From Podarcis liolepis (lineage: Eukaryota): a DNA stretch of 64,000 bases. The first letter of the stretch is position 1. Each line of letters starts with the position of its first letter. The notes beneath the pieces were generated by a model. The model did no database searches and was not told where the DNA came from. It saw only the letters and a list, made by a program, of their open reading frames with translations. Made by a program: the position numbers and the translations under genes. The DNA is taken from the NCBI GenBank assembly GCA_965112155.1, contig OZ218102.1; one strand, given 5' to 3'. Shown here in pieces: positions 12,535 to 27,000 of this stretch.

Positions 12535-12945
12535 GGATGTGCAAGTCCTGGACCTATGCCTGAATGCAGTGGTGGACTGGATAAGGGCCAATAATAATAA
12601 TAAATAATAAATTTTATTTATATCCCGCCCTCCCCAGCCGAAGCTGGGCTCAGGGCGGCTAACAACAATCAAATAATCAAACAGTCAAATAATCACACAA
12701 TCTAAAAATATTTCATTATAAAAATTAATTAAATCAAATTGATGGCCAACAAACTGAGTTTGAAACCTGGTAAGAAAGAGGCTCTGTGGGTAGGTTCTTA
12801 CCTCCTAAAGATACTGCACTCCCTCTGAACAATCAGGTATGTAGTTAGACCTTTGTCATTAGAGGTCCAAGTGAACTCTGTGGCTAGCAGTGCCTTTCAC
12901 CAGTTATGGCAGTATATGGATCAGGATAGCCAATGTAGTCCATGC
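12535..12945 (+). mobile_element. Degenerate L2-like LINE fragment interrupted by an oppositely oriented retroelement 3' tail (~12590-12745)
   Basis: Decayed RT-like text (GACTGGATAAGGGCCAA...AAACTGAGTTTGAAACCTGGTAAG) similar to 58330-58700, split by (AAT)n-TTTATTTATATCCCGCCC...GGCTCAGGGCGGCTAACA. GGCCAA occurs on both sides of the insert. Confidence 0.55.
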
Positions 12946-13621
12946 AACTTCACCGACACACAACACGTGCAATGGTGCACTCCAGCACATGTCTAGTTGA
13001 CTTCACATGAAGCCTTATGCCATTTGTGTCATAGGTATTGTCAGGCCTGTTTCATTGCTCAAGGTTATATTACTTGATCCCAGTCATGGACTTCCTAAAC
13101 AGCTTTGTTTGATCTACGTTTTACTTTTATCCCTTGTAACACAACATCTTGATTCTATGTCAAAAGATACAATACAAATGCTACTCAGTAGAAATGAGAT
13201 TCCAATTTATACAGCATTCCATTTCAACTCTAAAAATGCTAATCAAGTGGTTTGGTGTCTTTTCTTGAAACACCGTTCTTTTTGAATCCTAGCAAAAACT
13301 ATTAAAATTCATTGAAAAGGAACTAAACACTCAAATTAAGAGACCTCCATAATAAGCAAAGTAGGTAGTGCTTGTTTTAAAAATGGAAGGACCAAAAAAG
13401 AGCATTCAACAAAACTGTGTAGGTTATTATTTGAAACAACTGCAGCTGCATCACTATGGTGCAGCTTTGCTTACCTGTAATATAAGCCTCTTTCTCCTAC
13501 ATTAAAGGAATTTTTTGCAAATTTAACCAGAGTAGAACTACCAAATGTCTTCCTTTAAAAACAAAGCTGAAAACACATCTATTTAAAGATGTTTATATTC
13601 AGATAAAAACATATTACATAC

Positions 13622-13726
13622 CCAATATGACTGCATGTTCTGGAATTCAATTCCAAAGTAGTCTGATTCAACCAAATTCAACCGATTAAATACTTCTGTC
13701 AGCAGTTTCTGGCCATAACATTTTGA
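13622..13726 (-). CDS. FARP2: FARP2 coding exon 2 (SKCYGQKLLTEVFNRLNLVESDYFGIEFQNMQSYW)
   Basis: 105 nt, ttccAG/GTATGT boundaries, FERM-N DYFG motif. Confidence 0.95.
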
Positions 13727-14604
13727 CTGGAAAAAATAAAGTGAAAATGTAAAGTTGAGTTTACTTGAAAAGTAATGTCTAAAGTTGGTTTCAAAGCTTA
13801 ACCTGGAAACAAAAAGATAAAAATAGTTCATGCCAATTTAATGCTACGTCTGCACATATATCAACACAATGCATTAGAATTCTTCTTTCTTTGCCACTTC
13901 CATGTGGCCTGCATTCAAAAAAATGAGCCACAACTGTTAAAATTTTCATGCCATATAAAAATACACAGCCTATTAATAGATACACTGTTCTGTAAAGTCT
14001 TAAAGGCAAGCTGAGAAACATTACATGAACAAAAATGAATACATATCAAAAAGACTGGGCAATATCCAATTAGTCAAAGTCAGAATAAATGAGTGTGGAT
14101 CTCACTCATTATCCAGTTCCAGGGGAACCTATAACAAGAAGAGGTTTCTCACCTCAGGCTGTTTTAAAGTTTTTAGATCATCTTGGAGAAAATATATACT
14201 AGATTCTGACTATATACAGAAGAAAGATCTCTCTTAAGTCAATATCTTAAGACCTTGGTTCTATCAGCCACCTTCAATCCAATGCCTCTTTGAATTCAAT
14301 GCTTTGTTTTGAAACAAGCTAAAAGTCAGTCAAAGACTGTGCTCCCTTGTGGAGATGTTTCTGAGTGCTATAGAGAAGCTGTTCCTTTCAAAATTTCAAT
14401 GGCTGTTAGCTGGAGTGAAAAACGTGCACAGCTCAGTTAAACTAAGGAACATGGGAATATTTTTGTAACTTTCTCTCTTAAAGATGGATACTTTTTCAGG
14501 GGTGAGTCAGATAATCGCCCAATTATATATTAGAAACTCATTAAATCCAATACGAAATTTTAAAGCCATCACTTGATTTAAACTGATTCCATGATCCTCT
14601 AGCA

Positions 14605-15091
14605 CAGGCATGTCCAACAGGTAGATCGCAATCTACTGGTAGATTGTGGGGTGTTCCTGGTAGATCTCTGGTCCCTCAGGGATCTCCTCCCCCCCAAAAA
14701 AAATAAATAAATAAACAAAAAAGAATTTTAAAAAAGCTCAACCACTCTGGCTTCCTAAGAAAAGCTGAACAACTTTGCCTTTCCATAAAAAGCTCAGCAA
14801 CTTTTGCTTCCTAGCAAAAAAAGTGGACCATCAGATTAAGGTCCACTATTTGACTGCAGATTCAGGACCCTCAGCTGTGTGTTTTATATAATCAACTTTT
14901 TATTATGTTCTATGTATATGGCAATGCTCATTCAGTTCCATTCATTCATATATTCAGTTCCATTCATTAATTTGCTCCCTAAAAAAAAAAAAAGCTCAAC
15001 AACATTGATCCATCAAACGACAATGGGTAGCTCACTGCCAGATTTTTATACTGTGAGTAGATCGCAGTCTTTTGGGAGTTGGACGTCTCTG
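14605..15091. mobile_element. Non-autonomous hAT element
   Basis: Imperfect TIRs CAGGCATGTCCAAC / GTTGGACGTCTCTG. Perfect 8-bp TSD CTCTAGCA (14597-14604, 15092-15099). Internal AAAAGCTCAAC repeats. Confidence 0.85.
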
Positions 15092-18000
15092 CTCTAGCAC
15101 ACGTAATGACCTTGCTTGAACACAACACTAAGCTATGGTTTACCTGTGTGAGCTGGTCAAATCTCAGGATTCCATAATCCCCATATTCTACTCTTCCAGC
15201 ATAGCCACAAAATCATCAGATTATTTTGCTTCAGTTTTCACTTAACCAGTTTAACATGTTGTACAAATGTTAAACCATGGTTAATCTTAACTATAGTTAG
15301 TGAAACGAAGCATCTTCAGAAATTATTGTTTGAAGTTTGTTTGGTTCAGAAAACCATTTTTACGATTGCCCATAGTTTTTCTGGCTCTGGATGTCACTAC
15401 AACCTGTGGCTGATCTGATGCTAAAACTTGAAATTTCCTCCACTAAGGAGTAAACCCTAACCAAACCAAAGTGGAGTCCCTTGTACACCTTCCGGCAACT
15501 CCTGCAGCCAACATAACTGCAACATCATCTGATGGGCACCATGATGTCTATCCCAACTCTTAGTAAACATTAAATATTTATTTATAAACTGCTTTTACAT
15601 TTCTACAATATCGCATCTTTTGCTTCATGTATATCAGTCTTTAATACTCTAAATGGAAAATGACATGATTGTAAGTTGAGTGAGTGAGGAATGAATCTTT
15701 AGCTTTGAGGAGAACATTCTGCTAACAAGAACAATATGTTTGGAAGAAAGCCTGGCATTTCAACACCACAATAACAAAATGCCTGAGATACCTAAAAACC
15801 CAGGAACAGCACCTGGTCAGACTCCTGTGAAACCTTAGTCCAGAACAGCACACCAAGATCACCACACCAGTGTGACTATCTTTTCTCTGATCATGTGGCT
15901 ATAGCCTGTGGTCACAATAAAAGAGTAAAGGGGTGGGGGAGAAAACTGAGCAACTGGTACCCAATAGCTGGGGGGGGGGAGTGTAAGTGCCTGGGCAGAA
16001 GACAGTATATTTTGGCAAGAGCGGAGGCAAGAACTCCAACCTTCACCTGCCCCAGCATGGTATGTTTGATGCCATAGTCCTAATCCCTTCTTTCCATCAC
16101 TGCAGACTCCTAGACAGGCCATGTATCAACAATTAATGCACAACATAATTTTCAGTAATTTTTCCTAGCTCTTGGCTTCATGATTTGATCAATAGTTTCA
16201 TAATGACATAATGAGCAAGACACATCCTTTAATAGTCAACTGAAAAAATGTACAACTCTCTAATATAAAAGATGACAGTGCAAATGTGAACATGAATACT
16301 GACAGCTTTTTGGACTATTTGAAGTATCTTCAGTGTTTAGAGGGAGGAAATTGTCTTCAAATATAAACAACCATTCAATTTTATTTTTAAAGCGTTATGA
16401 TATTGTTAGAAGCTGCCTCTACAGACCACTTTTTGCAGTAGAACAAGGGTGGAGAACTCTGGCCCACAAGGGGTCCAAGTTGGCTCACAAGTCCATTTCC
16501 CCCAACCTACACCCACCTGTCAATCAGCTGGCATTAACGAGTTATGTCAGCTGATGGACTGGGAGTGCAATTCAATCCTGCTGGGGACAAAGCATACCCC
16601 TTGCAACCAGCAGTTTTGAATCATTTGCTCATCAGTTGGTGAGCAGAGGATTCAATCCTACTGGGTGCTATTTTGTCCCACCCCCATCCATGCCCACCCA
16701 CCTATCAGTCACTGGATATCATCATGACATCAGACAATTTACAGATGGGTGGCCCCACCCATCAGCCAAAGATACCTGGCTCACCAACCAACAAAGTTTC
16801 TCCACCCCTGCTGCAGAATATATATTTTAAATAGATTTCATAAGCCTAAGATAGGAGAGAAGTGACTGACACAATATGTTCTATAGAACTGTGGTATATG
16901 TGCTGTTACTAAAAATGCCAAATGCTTATCTCTACCTAGATATATATAGGTATATGAATACATGTGTGACAGTGTATGTGTGTTGTGCATGTGTACACAC
17001 ACACACAAGGATCTGAGTATTCATACAAACACCCTAGGATCTTTACTCAACAACCCTGCCAGCCTCCCCACCCCCCCCACCCCCCGCTTTCCACTAGCTC
17101 AGACCTCTCCATACCTCCATGGCTTGTCTGAACCAGCTAACTACCGCATCATCTGGATCCCTCCCCTCCTTGCTTCACCTGGGCCACTACCCTAATCACC
17201 TGCCTGCATCTCAATCCACTACTTCCCTCCTCACATCAGCCGGACCTGTATCACCTGGACCTGCATATATATCCTCTGGATCCCTTCTCCTTTCCTCGAC
17301 CTCTCACTCAATGGTCCAACAGCTCATCACTGTAGCTTGCAGTACCACCTGTCCGAGGCCAGTCAAACTACAGCACGACGACATGCTTATGAAATATATG
17401 TAAAGTGTGTGTGTATATATGTATTTTAAGTTGCTGAAGTTATTTATAACTACTGTACTGTGTTTTGAATTCTGCTGCTTTAGCTTCGCGAGAGATGTCT
17501 CAGCTGTTGTACACTGCTCCAAAGAGATGCACTATTTTCCAACTATAATCGGAAGCAGCCAAATTAAAAACAAACATGAAAAACTTCAAATGAAGGTTTT
17601 TGAACCCTGCAGAAGCACTGCTGAATAAAATAGTGATAGGCATGCAGCCTTGCTTCTGCTGACAATGACTTTAGAGCAAAAGCACACAAAAAACCACAAT
17701 TAACACCATGGCATTACAGTGGGGGGGGGGGCCCACAGGAGCAGTCAATAAAGAAATATAAAATTAAACAAATGAATTTGGGGGGTCTTGAGAAGCGTCA
17801 AATAAGTTTGGGGGCCATATACATGGCCATGGATTTGTTACTCCTGGTTAAATGTCACATCTACTTGCATTCAAGCTACACAAAGCAAAATTCTGTACAT
17901 TCTGTACTATGCAGTCTTGACAATGCAAAATTCCAAAACATTTATTAGGTCATAAATATTTCAATAGTAATATCCGTAACCTATGTTGCCAAGGTTTATT

Positions 18001-18453
18001 CATACAGTGCCACAATTGTATGGTTACAACATTATGATAGTACCACCCTTAACATTCCATAAATTCTACTTTCAACTAACTAAGAAGAAACAAGATGTGC
18101 TTTTAAATTTCAAGCTCTCCAAAATCATTAGAATAGAAGGTTTGTTAGGGCAGGTTTTTTCCCCTTTATCCACCTATGCATTTCATTTTTACTATACACT
18201 CTCATGGTACACCCTCATGAGAGCAGTTTCCATCTTTCAGATAACAAATAATCAACCTACAGTTGTTAAAGATATGCTTTATCTTTAAGATATAGACTGG
18301 TGAAAATTAATTAATTCAAATCTTTATAAATTCAAATGCAGCCTCTCTGGCTGTGTTACTTCCTTGGGCCTAGAACACAAACATACAGGCTCCAAAGCTG
18401 CTAACAGCTGAATTTCTTCCTGTCCGTAGACCCTATATGCCCTTATATGTAGG

Positions 18454-18598
18454 AAGTGCTTTTATTCTAAAAAAATGTTTAGGGGTACTCTCATTTTCCT
18501 ACTCATATTGAAATATTGCCCCTCAATGAGGCCAAACTTAGATTCACAAAATGTTTATGGGTATGCGTACTCCTGTGCCCCCCCAGAAAAAAGCACTA
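18454..18598. mobile_element. Short hAT MITE (copy 1)
   Basis: Termini AGTGCTTT / AAAGCACT, 8-bp TSD TATGTAGG (18446-18453, 18599-18606), highly similar to 23922-24061. Confidence 0.8.
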
Positions 18599-19305
18599 TA
18601 TGTAGGCCCTATCTTAATTCTCGCAATAGCTTGTTTCTCCTTGGCTTCTCCTCCATGATGTCGTTGCCTTTATTTATTGAAAACTATTCCTGACTCAATT
18701 CATTCTTAAATCAGATCTTGACTTTTTTCACAGCTAGCAGGCACCTTTCTCCTAACTCTCTTAATTCTGGGGTCTCTTTTCAGCTTCCCACACACAGCCT
18801 CCTGTCTTTTAAATTCAATCGGAAGAGTCTTCAGAAGCTACATTATTTTTAACATTCTACTCTAGTCAATTTCACACAGCAATTCACTCATTAGTCAGAA
18901 TAAGGAGTGGATGGAATTCAGGCAACAGGAAAGTAATATATCCATAATGGAGTGCCTTCTGAAGTAATGGCAAGGGCTTAACTGTTAAATCATACAGAAT
19001 AACGGACACATGTGTAATGACAACATGCTCGTGTACATTAACCGGTATCTAGTACTAAACATATGAAGATCTTTAAGACTTTCCCAAATGCATTCCAAGC
19101 ACGGTTTGCATTCTTAAGCACTGACCCAAATATATCAACAACTGTTATCTGTTATCGCTCTAATACTAGAGGAATGCAATGTAGGGCTTGCGAATGAGAA
19201 TTCAGTATGAACTAGCTGATTACATTCAATCCAAACTTTGAACATCTTGAACAGGTTGTCTTCCATCACTTGCCTTTTTAATTAACTGTATATTAATTAT
19301 AAAAA

Positions 19306-19757
19306 GGACGTGGGTGCCGTTGTGGGTTAAACCACAGAGCCTAGGACTTGCCGATCAGAAGGTCGGCGGTTCGAATCCCCGCGACGGGGTGAGCTCCCAG
19401 AAATCTCTTGCCCTCCCCCAGAGCAGTTACCCGGGCAACCTCCCACCTGAGGCAGCGGGGGAGGAGTTCCCTTGTATTGTTAATGGCCCTCTACAAAACG
19501 TTGCTCTGTCCCAGCTCCTGCCAACCTAGCAGTTCGAAAGCACCTCAAAAGTGCAAGTAGATAAATAGGTACCGCTCCGGCGGGAAGGTAAACGGCGTTT
19601 CCGTGCGCTGCTCTGGTTCACCAGAAGCAGCTTAGTCATGCTGGCCACATGACCCGGAAGTTGTACGCCGGCTCCCTCGGCCAGTAAAGCGAGATGAGCA
19701 CTGCAACCCCAGAGTCGGTCACGACTGGACCTAATGGTCAGGGGTCCCTTTACCTTT
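19306..19757 (+). mobile_element. Sauria SINE (lacertid type) with a 101-bp internal insertion
   Basis: tRNA-like head with B-box GGTTCGAATCC, body closely similar to the copy at 55577-55920, 3' tail CCTTTACCTTTA. Confidence 0.9.
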
Positions 19758-20109
19758 ATATTAATTATGCCATTTCCGTCTAGTATATAGGTGGTATATT
19801 TCAAAATACATTTTCATTTATACACTATCATTATAAGCAAATTTTACTAAAATGGAAGTAGAAGGTTTCTACCAATTTCAATCACACTAGAACATAGCAG
19901 GAGTTTCTATTAAGTACTTTTAAACAAAAGCTGGATTGTACAGTGCCTTCCTAAGATCTTACAGTAGTGTTAGAGAGAAGTTAGCCTTGACATTTCATGA
20001 CTCTTCCAACAATCAATTTCATTATAGGGTTGGGATTTTGATGCCAAATAAATTCTGAATGCTAGAAAACACACACATACACACAGTCAATACTCTCCCA
20101 GAACAGTCT

Positions 20110-20612
20110 CCATCAGCAGCTATTCCCCAGATTACATGGGATGGAGAGATTATAAAGGAGATGAAGCAACACCCTAAGAGGAAAGGTTGAATCATTGGGG
20201 TTTTTTAATTTAGAGAAAATGCAAGTAAGAGATGACGTGATAGAAGTGTATACATGGAGAAAGTGGATGGAAAACAACATTTCTCCCTCTCTTGTAACAC
20301 TAGAACTCAATGACATCCAATGAAGCTGAATGCTGGAGGATTCAGGACAGAAAGTACTCCTTTACATACCACATAGTTAAACCATGGAATTCAGTGGCTC
20401 CTAGCTATGATGGCTATGCTCTACTTCCACAGTCAGACACAGTCATGATTCTGAATACTAGTTGCTGGAAACCACAGGAAGGGAGAGTGCTCTTGTTCTC
20501 GGGTCCTGCTTGAGGTTTTCCAACAGGCATCTGATCAGCCAGCGAGAGGACAGGATGCTGGACAAAATGGGCCACTGGCCTGATCCAGCAGGCTCTTATT
20601 ATGTTCTTATTT
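20110..20612 (+). mobile_element. CR1 LINE 3' fragment with CR1/SINE-type tail
   Basis: GGAAAGGTTGAATCATTGGGG...TTTAGAGAAAA...ATAGAAGTGTATA...TGAAGCTGAATGCTGG...CAGGACAGAAAGTACTCC, ending GGCCTGATCCAGCAGGCTCTTATTATGTTCTTA. Confidence 0.7.
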
Positions 20613-23229
20613 TACAGTCAGACCAAATCATTGTATTTACTGATCTGGGCAGGAAGGTAATGAATGTTCTCAATCTCACTCACTAGCCATTCCACCTGGC
20701 CATTAAAACAATTATGTAACACTATGCAAGATTGGTACATGAACATTTTTCCTCTTTCTCTCATTTCTTTTTCTTTTTGTTTCATATCCATAAGATTGTA
20801 TGCCACTATTTTGAATTACATATTATTTTGAGTACACTTGCAGAAAAGTGATATTATTTATTTATTGAATTTATATACCAACCTTCATCTGAGGATCACA
20901 GTATAAAAATACAAAAATATATAACACAATAACGAAACAATATAAATGTAGTAGGTAAATGCATTTCATGATGCACCGATAATTAGGAAGTTCTGTGACC
21001 CTCTAAAAGCTCTGATTTGTATCTGACTCTCATATTAAGATGATTAAAGCAGCTCTACTCATATGATTTTAGTCAGATACAATCCCCTTTCAGTCATTAA
21101 AAAACTGAAGCAAAATGTAATTGAATTAATGGTTGTTCTTTATTTTTAGAAATTAAATGTCTTCAATGAAACATAACAAGCAAGATTAAGTCAGAAGTAT
21201 AATAAAACTGTTAAGAAGCATGACTATACACAAGCTGGACATTCTGCACAGAGTTCAGTCAAAAACAATCTTCATTTGCTCTTTTAGATATTTTAATAAT
21301 TATTTTAGTATTCTTCCTGACAAACTGAGGACATCAATATGACTGAAGAACAATTGTGACAGGTACGAGGAACACTGTTTCCAGTCACCTAAGCCCAGAA
21401 AACTATTATGACTAGTTTTGCATGACCAAGAGACATGTTTCCTCAACAGCATCCCCCCTACAAAATCTCCTCTGAAACTGAAGGGAGTTTGATAAGCAGT
21501 TTGTGATACAGAATAAGCCTTATTCATACAATCACAAAAATCATTTCCACTGGCATTTGAAGAAATAAATATTTCCAGGTTGTGTTAGCTCTACAAACAC
21601 TATTAGAGGTCACTTTAGGGTCACTATTAGAGAGTAATGATATGACTTAGGTTCAGTTGTACAAAGGGGGGGAAAGTCAGGAATTCCACTGGACATGCAG
21701 AGACCCCTGGGTATACCCAAAGTACTTCTCTGGATTTCAGCTTCTGCCATCAAAATTACAACACACTACAGCAGATAGAATGAAAAAACCTTGATCTGGC
21801 TATCCTGGCTTTTCACACAGAAGACTGAAGAGGCCACTGCCCACAAAACACTGTAGTTTGATACCATGTTAATAGCAGGTAAACATGTCCACAGGAAGAT
21901 TGGAATACATCAGCAGCCTTATTTAAACAATCCATCTTGGCCTTGCAAGAAACTCTCAGAAAATCTTTAAAACGGGACCAGCACACAAGACATAATGCTA
22001 AGTGCTTTACTGCCCCAGTTTCTTCAAGCTTTTCTGATAAACTTCAAAATCTGAAGACAGTGTCACTCACACATTTACATGTAATCCAAGAACATGCTAC
22101 AGACCCATTAAAATCTCATGAGAAAAAAATGCATACATACAAATACATATGAACTACCTGGATACACCAGTTTACTCAGGAATTCAAGTCATCAAACAAG
22201 TCAGCTACATGACAGATGGATATAAGATGATGTTTCCGCTCAGCAGTTCCAACAGCAGCTATTAAGTTAAACATTTCATTTTAAAGAGTAATTGCTTATT
22301 CTTCTATTCCCTTCTCACAGTAAACTCATTAAAGTGAAATTATCAGCTTCAAATTGTAGCCCTGCTCATATCTGCTGTTCACAGACCAAACTGGTAGGTC
22401 CCAACATCATTGATCCCATTTTTATGATGCTGTGACATTTTGATGTTGTTTTATTCGGTTATAAGTCACAGTGATGCTATTAGGCTAAACAGCAGGATAA
22501 AAATAATAGAAAGCAAGGACAAATATAATCCTGCAACTTTTGAGGATTATTTATATAATATTCCTTAATATAGCACAGCACAAATTTATTTTAGTGCTAT
22601 GACAAACTCATATAGCTCTTCATAACTTTCAATAATGTGGAATTACTATTTTAGCAGCGCTATAATTCACTACCAGGCAGACAATGAAACAACTCTAAAA
22701 ATTACACCTGTACATAACAAATTGGGAAGTACAGAACTCCAAGAAGGTGGAGTGTGTGTGAAACTATTTTGCATATTTTCATGCTAAACCTATGTGCATA
22801 GACTTTCCCCAAGGTGTTCTCACTAGGACTGCTAAAGGAAATGGGATGGCAAGTCCTTGACTTATGCAATGTAAGAATTATCTTAGAGCAGTGATGACAT
22901 GGCATGGAGTTGCAAAAGTGCAGGGACAGAAATAGCTGGTGAGGAAAAGCAGTACATGCTAGGCTTAACATTTTGAGAAGCAAAACAAGGTAAAAAAGTT
23001 TAACAAACATTTTCTTGTGCAATTTTACATTGTATAGCAATGTATTCTTATTTTCAGAAAAACAAAGAAGATTCTTGTCCTGACCTTCACTGCTTGATGA
23101 ATAACTTGAACTCTTAGTTCAGTTTCTGATGAGCTATTTAATCAATAAATCAGAATGGTAAAAAGGCAAGGTGCAGGTTAGAAGGTACAACAGACGCATA
23201 AAAGGTATAGAAACACGGCTAAGTGTAAA

Positions 23230-23702
23230 CCAAGACACATACCCTGCATCTTCCTGTTGAAGGACAGTGAGGGTATAGTACTTAGCATGATGGCCAGCCT
23301 AGTCCTGGGATGGGGCAAGCAAACAGGCACTTCTTCAATAGGTTGGGCTTACAAAATTTGTCAACAACAGTGCCTCACCAGTGGGGATGGAGGTAGGGCT
23401 GGGTGCTGGCTCAGCATCAGTTGCCTCCTCCCTTGAAGGAGACAGTGCCAGGGCTGACTCCACAGCAAGAGGGATCTGATTAGAGGTCCTGGTGTCACAG
23501 GAGTGTAAAGCTCCTCTGCCAGACCACTTGGTTTCTACCCTGGATGCAGCTCTCCAGTCCCTTGATTACCGGCCTCTGCCTGGGCTCAGACACTTTTTGG
23601 GGTTCACCTCCCCTATCCTCCCAGGACCCTCCCCAGGGTTATCCAGCTTGAACTCCCTGAATTCCTCCCCTGTTTCCTCATAATCTGACCATCTCCATGA
23701 CA
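23230..23702 (-). mobile_element. Possible LTR-like fragment
   Basis: GC-richer block whose minus strand begins TGTCATGG. No second LTR or internal genes seen. Confidence 0.3.
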
Positions 23703-23921
23703 CTTCCAAGGACTATGTGTAAATTCTGGGTAAATGCAAATAATTAGAACAAGGAACTACTGTGTTACAGACTAGCAAGTGACAAAGGCTGGCACAATGT
23801 GGTCCACAAAACACCACCAAGGTCTCTACTGCCAGCAGGCTCTTAAGGGGCAGTGGTAACAGCAGCATCTTTTCTGAGATAGTGTCAATGTCAACTGAGT
23901 AAAGAAACTGTTAATGTCAAC

Positions 23922-24061
23922 CAGTGCTTTTTTCCTTAAAAAAATTAAATGTTTAGGGGTACTCTCATTTTCCTACTAATATTGAAATACTGTCCCTCAA
24001 TGAAGCCAAACTTAGATTCACAAAATGTTTAGGGGTATGCATCCCCACAGAAAAAAGCACT
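23922..24061. mobile_element. Short hAT MITE (copy 2)
   Basis: CAGTGCTTTTTT / AAAAAAGCACT termini, partial TSD (ATGTCAAC / TCAAC), paralogous to 18454-18598. Confidence 0.75.
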
Positions 24062-27000
24062 CAACTATGTTCTTTTTTAAAAAAAAATGATTAAATTTTC
24101 CATTTTAACAATCCAATAAAAAACACATTAAAACATTCCAAATTATCATACAATCAAAAAAGCTGAACAATCATGCCAAATTATATATCTTTGGGTGACT
24201 TCCCATGCTCTGAAGTTCAGGGAGTGATGATCTAATATTCTACTGCATTCCTTAATTTGTCAAATAGTCCCAATAAACATTTCCAATGTTGATCCTTCGT
24301 GATCTCAACTATGTTCTTATGAGGTCTGGACATTTATTACAACTAAAAAATGAAAGTACTTAAATGTGAATTAGTAAAAGCAGTCTTTCCAGAAAAAAAA
24401 GAAAAAAGAAACCCTCCAGCAGAAGAAAAAAAAGGGTAGGGAATGAGATGCAATAGTGCCAAAGCAAGTAATGCTTACTAAACTCAAAGCATGACTTCAT
24501 GGTACTGCATGCCAGTTATGGTACAAAAAATAAAAGTGCAATTGCAGAGAAAAATGAAAAGTGTTAAAGGTACAAAGTATGGATATTTCTTGGAGGAACA
24601 AAGGGGAAGGGTAACTGTTTGACACACCATCACTCTCACAGCCAACCAATGGAAAGGGAAATGAGGCAATGAGGCAATGTCAGCAGTTGGGCACCACAAA
24701 GGTTTAGTGGATGTCAGGTTGAGACAGCTGGAGGACAAGAAGTGGAATAAAAGGACAGAATATGCTGAAACAAATTACAGTTAGTTTGACTGACTGCAGA
24801 TCATCATTTAACTTGAGCCTAGTTTGTTCAATAAACCATTGTTTAAATAAACCAGGATTTAATACTGGCTTAACATGACATGAGAAGCAGGCCAAAGAGC
24901 AGACAAGCTAATGGCCAATGTAGTTGCCAATTAGGGCACTATGTCTCTGTGCTAGATAACAATTTTAGTTACCCCCAAATGACTCAAATATGTTCCACTG
25001 AAAAATCAGTTATAAGGAAATGCCATTACCAGGAACAAATGAGTTCTTTTGTCAAGGAAGCACAATTTAACACAACTAAACCAAGTGCTAGCTGAAGCCC
25101 AATTCTTGCTACTGGCTTGTAGTTCATGGGAGGTAAAACAGTTGTTCTCAAAAACGGTTTCAAAAGAAAGTCAAGCCATTAACAAAATGACAGGCTTAAC
25201 AATATAGCAGTCCAAATAACAGGGAGAATGGAAATTGAAAATTGTTTTTTAAGAAGAGCCTGTAATATCCACAGCCATGAATTATAGGTCTCTTCTAAGG
25301 ACAGATAAAAATAAGCTCAAGGCAGTTAACTGGCCATATTTAGAGTATTCAGAGTCATGACAAACATCTGGCAATGATTCTTTCTGGAATTTTGTCTATT
25401 TTTTTCCTACTCAACCAACAAGGCACTGACTATCCTAACATCTTTTTGATTCTTGTAGCACAGTATTTAAAGGGATTTGAAAGAGTTCATCCTCCCCCAT
25501 TTTGCACATTTAAAGCAGTTAATACTTTCATAGCACACAGCTTCACGAAATAAAACAAATGCATTATGAAAGAATGACCAAAAGAAAAATCAGAATAAGG
25601 AAAAGATTGTCTCTGCCAGGGGGGAAAAAACAACAACCTTTTGAGTTAAGTCTATTTCCTTCTTTGGGAGCAGTATGGAATACTGGGCATTTGCCAGATG
25701 CTGTCCTAAAAACTACTACATGCTGTATGCACCTATTGTCAAAAGTAACTTCACAGCACAAACTCCTACAATGTGTTTACAAGTAGTCAGCTGATGAAAT
25801 TATTTTAACATCTTTTTCTTTCCATCAGTCCTTCAAATCAACAAACTTTCTTTAGCCTAACTGCAGTTTTGTTTGTGTATTTATGCTTTTATATTTCCCT
25901 TTAGTTAGCAGCTGTTTTTTCCTGTATAACCACAGGAAATCACAGCCTCGTGTAAAAACTTCCAGATTACTTCCTGTATAGCTCAATAAACTTTCTGAGT
26001 TCCAAAAACAGTTCTTTATTTTAGACCTCAGAATGTAGTGAGTCATGGTCAACCATATACAGATCTGATTTTAAGTAAATCAAGACATATAAATACTGAT
26101 TTAAGACAACAAGAGCAAAGTGTGCCCATTCTTATACCATGCCTATTGAAGTGGCACATAAACCACACATGATAAAATAATAGCATCTGACTTGTCTAAC
26201 CCCAACTTAATGGAAGTTTGAAAGCAGGCCATTTTCACTTGTGGGATTCAGACCTTACACAGATAACGTATTGCAACAAGCCGGGAAAACTTAAAATGAC
26301 TCAAATACCAAACAGCAATTTAAGAAATCTAAAGAAAAAGTATCAGACAATTATTTTAAAAATAGCTAAAGAGAATATTCTAATACTCGGTAGCTTTCAA
26401 AAGAATTTAAGAATTATTTTTCCACTCTCTTCGTGCAAGTGGAAGATGTGTTCTGCAACTGGCTACGTGCATTAACTAACTGCACCCTGATGGCATGTTA
26501 ATATATTTTGTTAAGCAGTCGCAGGATACTTAAGTCACCTCTGGAAAATCCCTTCTAGAAAATCCTCTCCCCTAGTTGTATGAAGGTGGATTACACTGAA
26601 ATACTCAAAGGAACATACTTGGTTTTCTTTTAATCAGGGTCAGTGATGGTCACAGCATCAGTTAGTGCAGGAGGAGAATTCACACAAAACAGTTACAGAA
26701 CACAAAATAAAGTACCGGTACTCACTCTATTACAGTGCATCTGAAAGTGTGGGCAACTAGTCTGTATCAAGAAGTGGAAACATTATTTAGTATGATAGCC
26801 AATTCAAACAGCCTGCACCAAATGACACATTTGGAAAGCTCCAGTTGTGGGAAAATATGATTACAAGAGACACACATTCAAGATAAAATCTGTACTTCTT
26901 TGGCAATAAAACTATATATCAAGCTACATTAGATTTTCTTTCAGAAACTTTAAGCAAGAACTTCATATCTGAATTATGCAAGAAAATTTCACCTAGCAAT

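Noticed and set aside
19306-19395. tRNA gene (GGTTCGAATCC)
   Set aside because: It is the tRNA-derived head of a Sauria SINE, as is the one at ~55577-55665.
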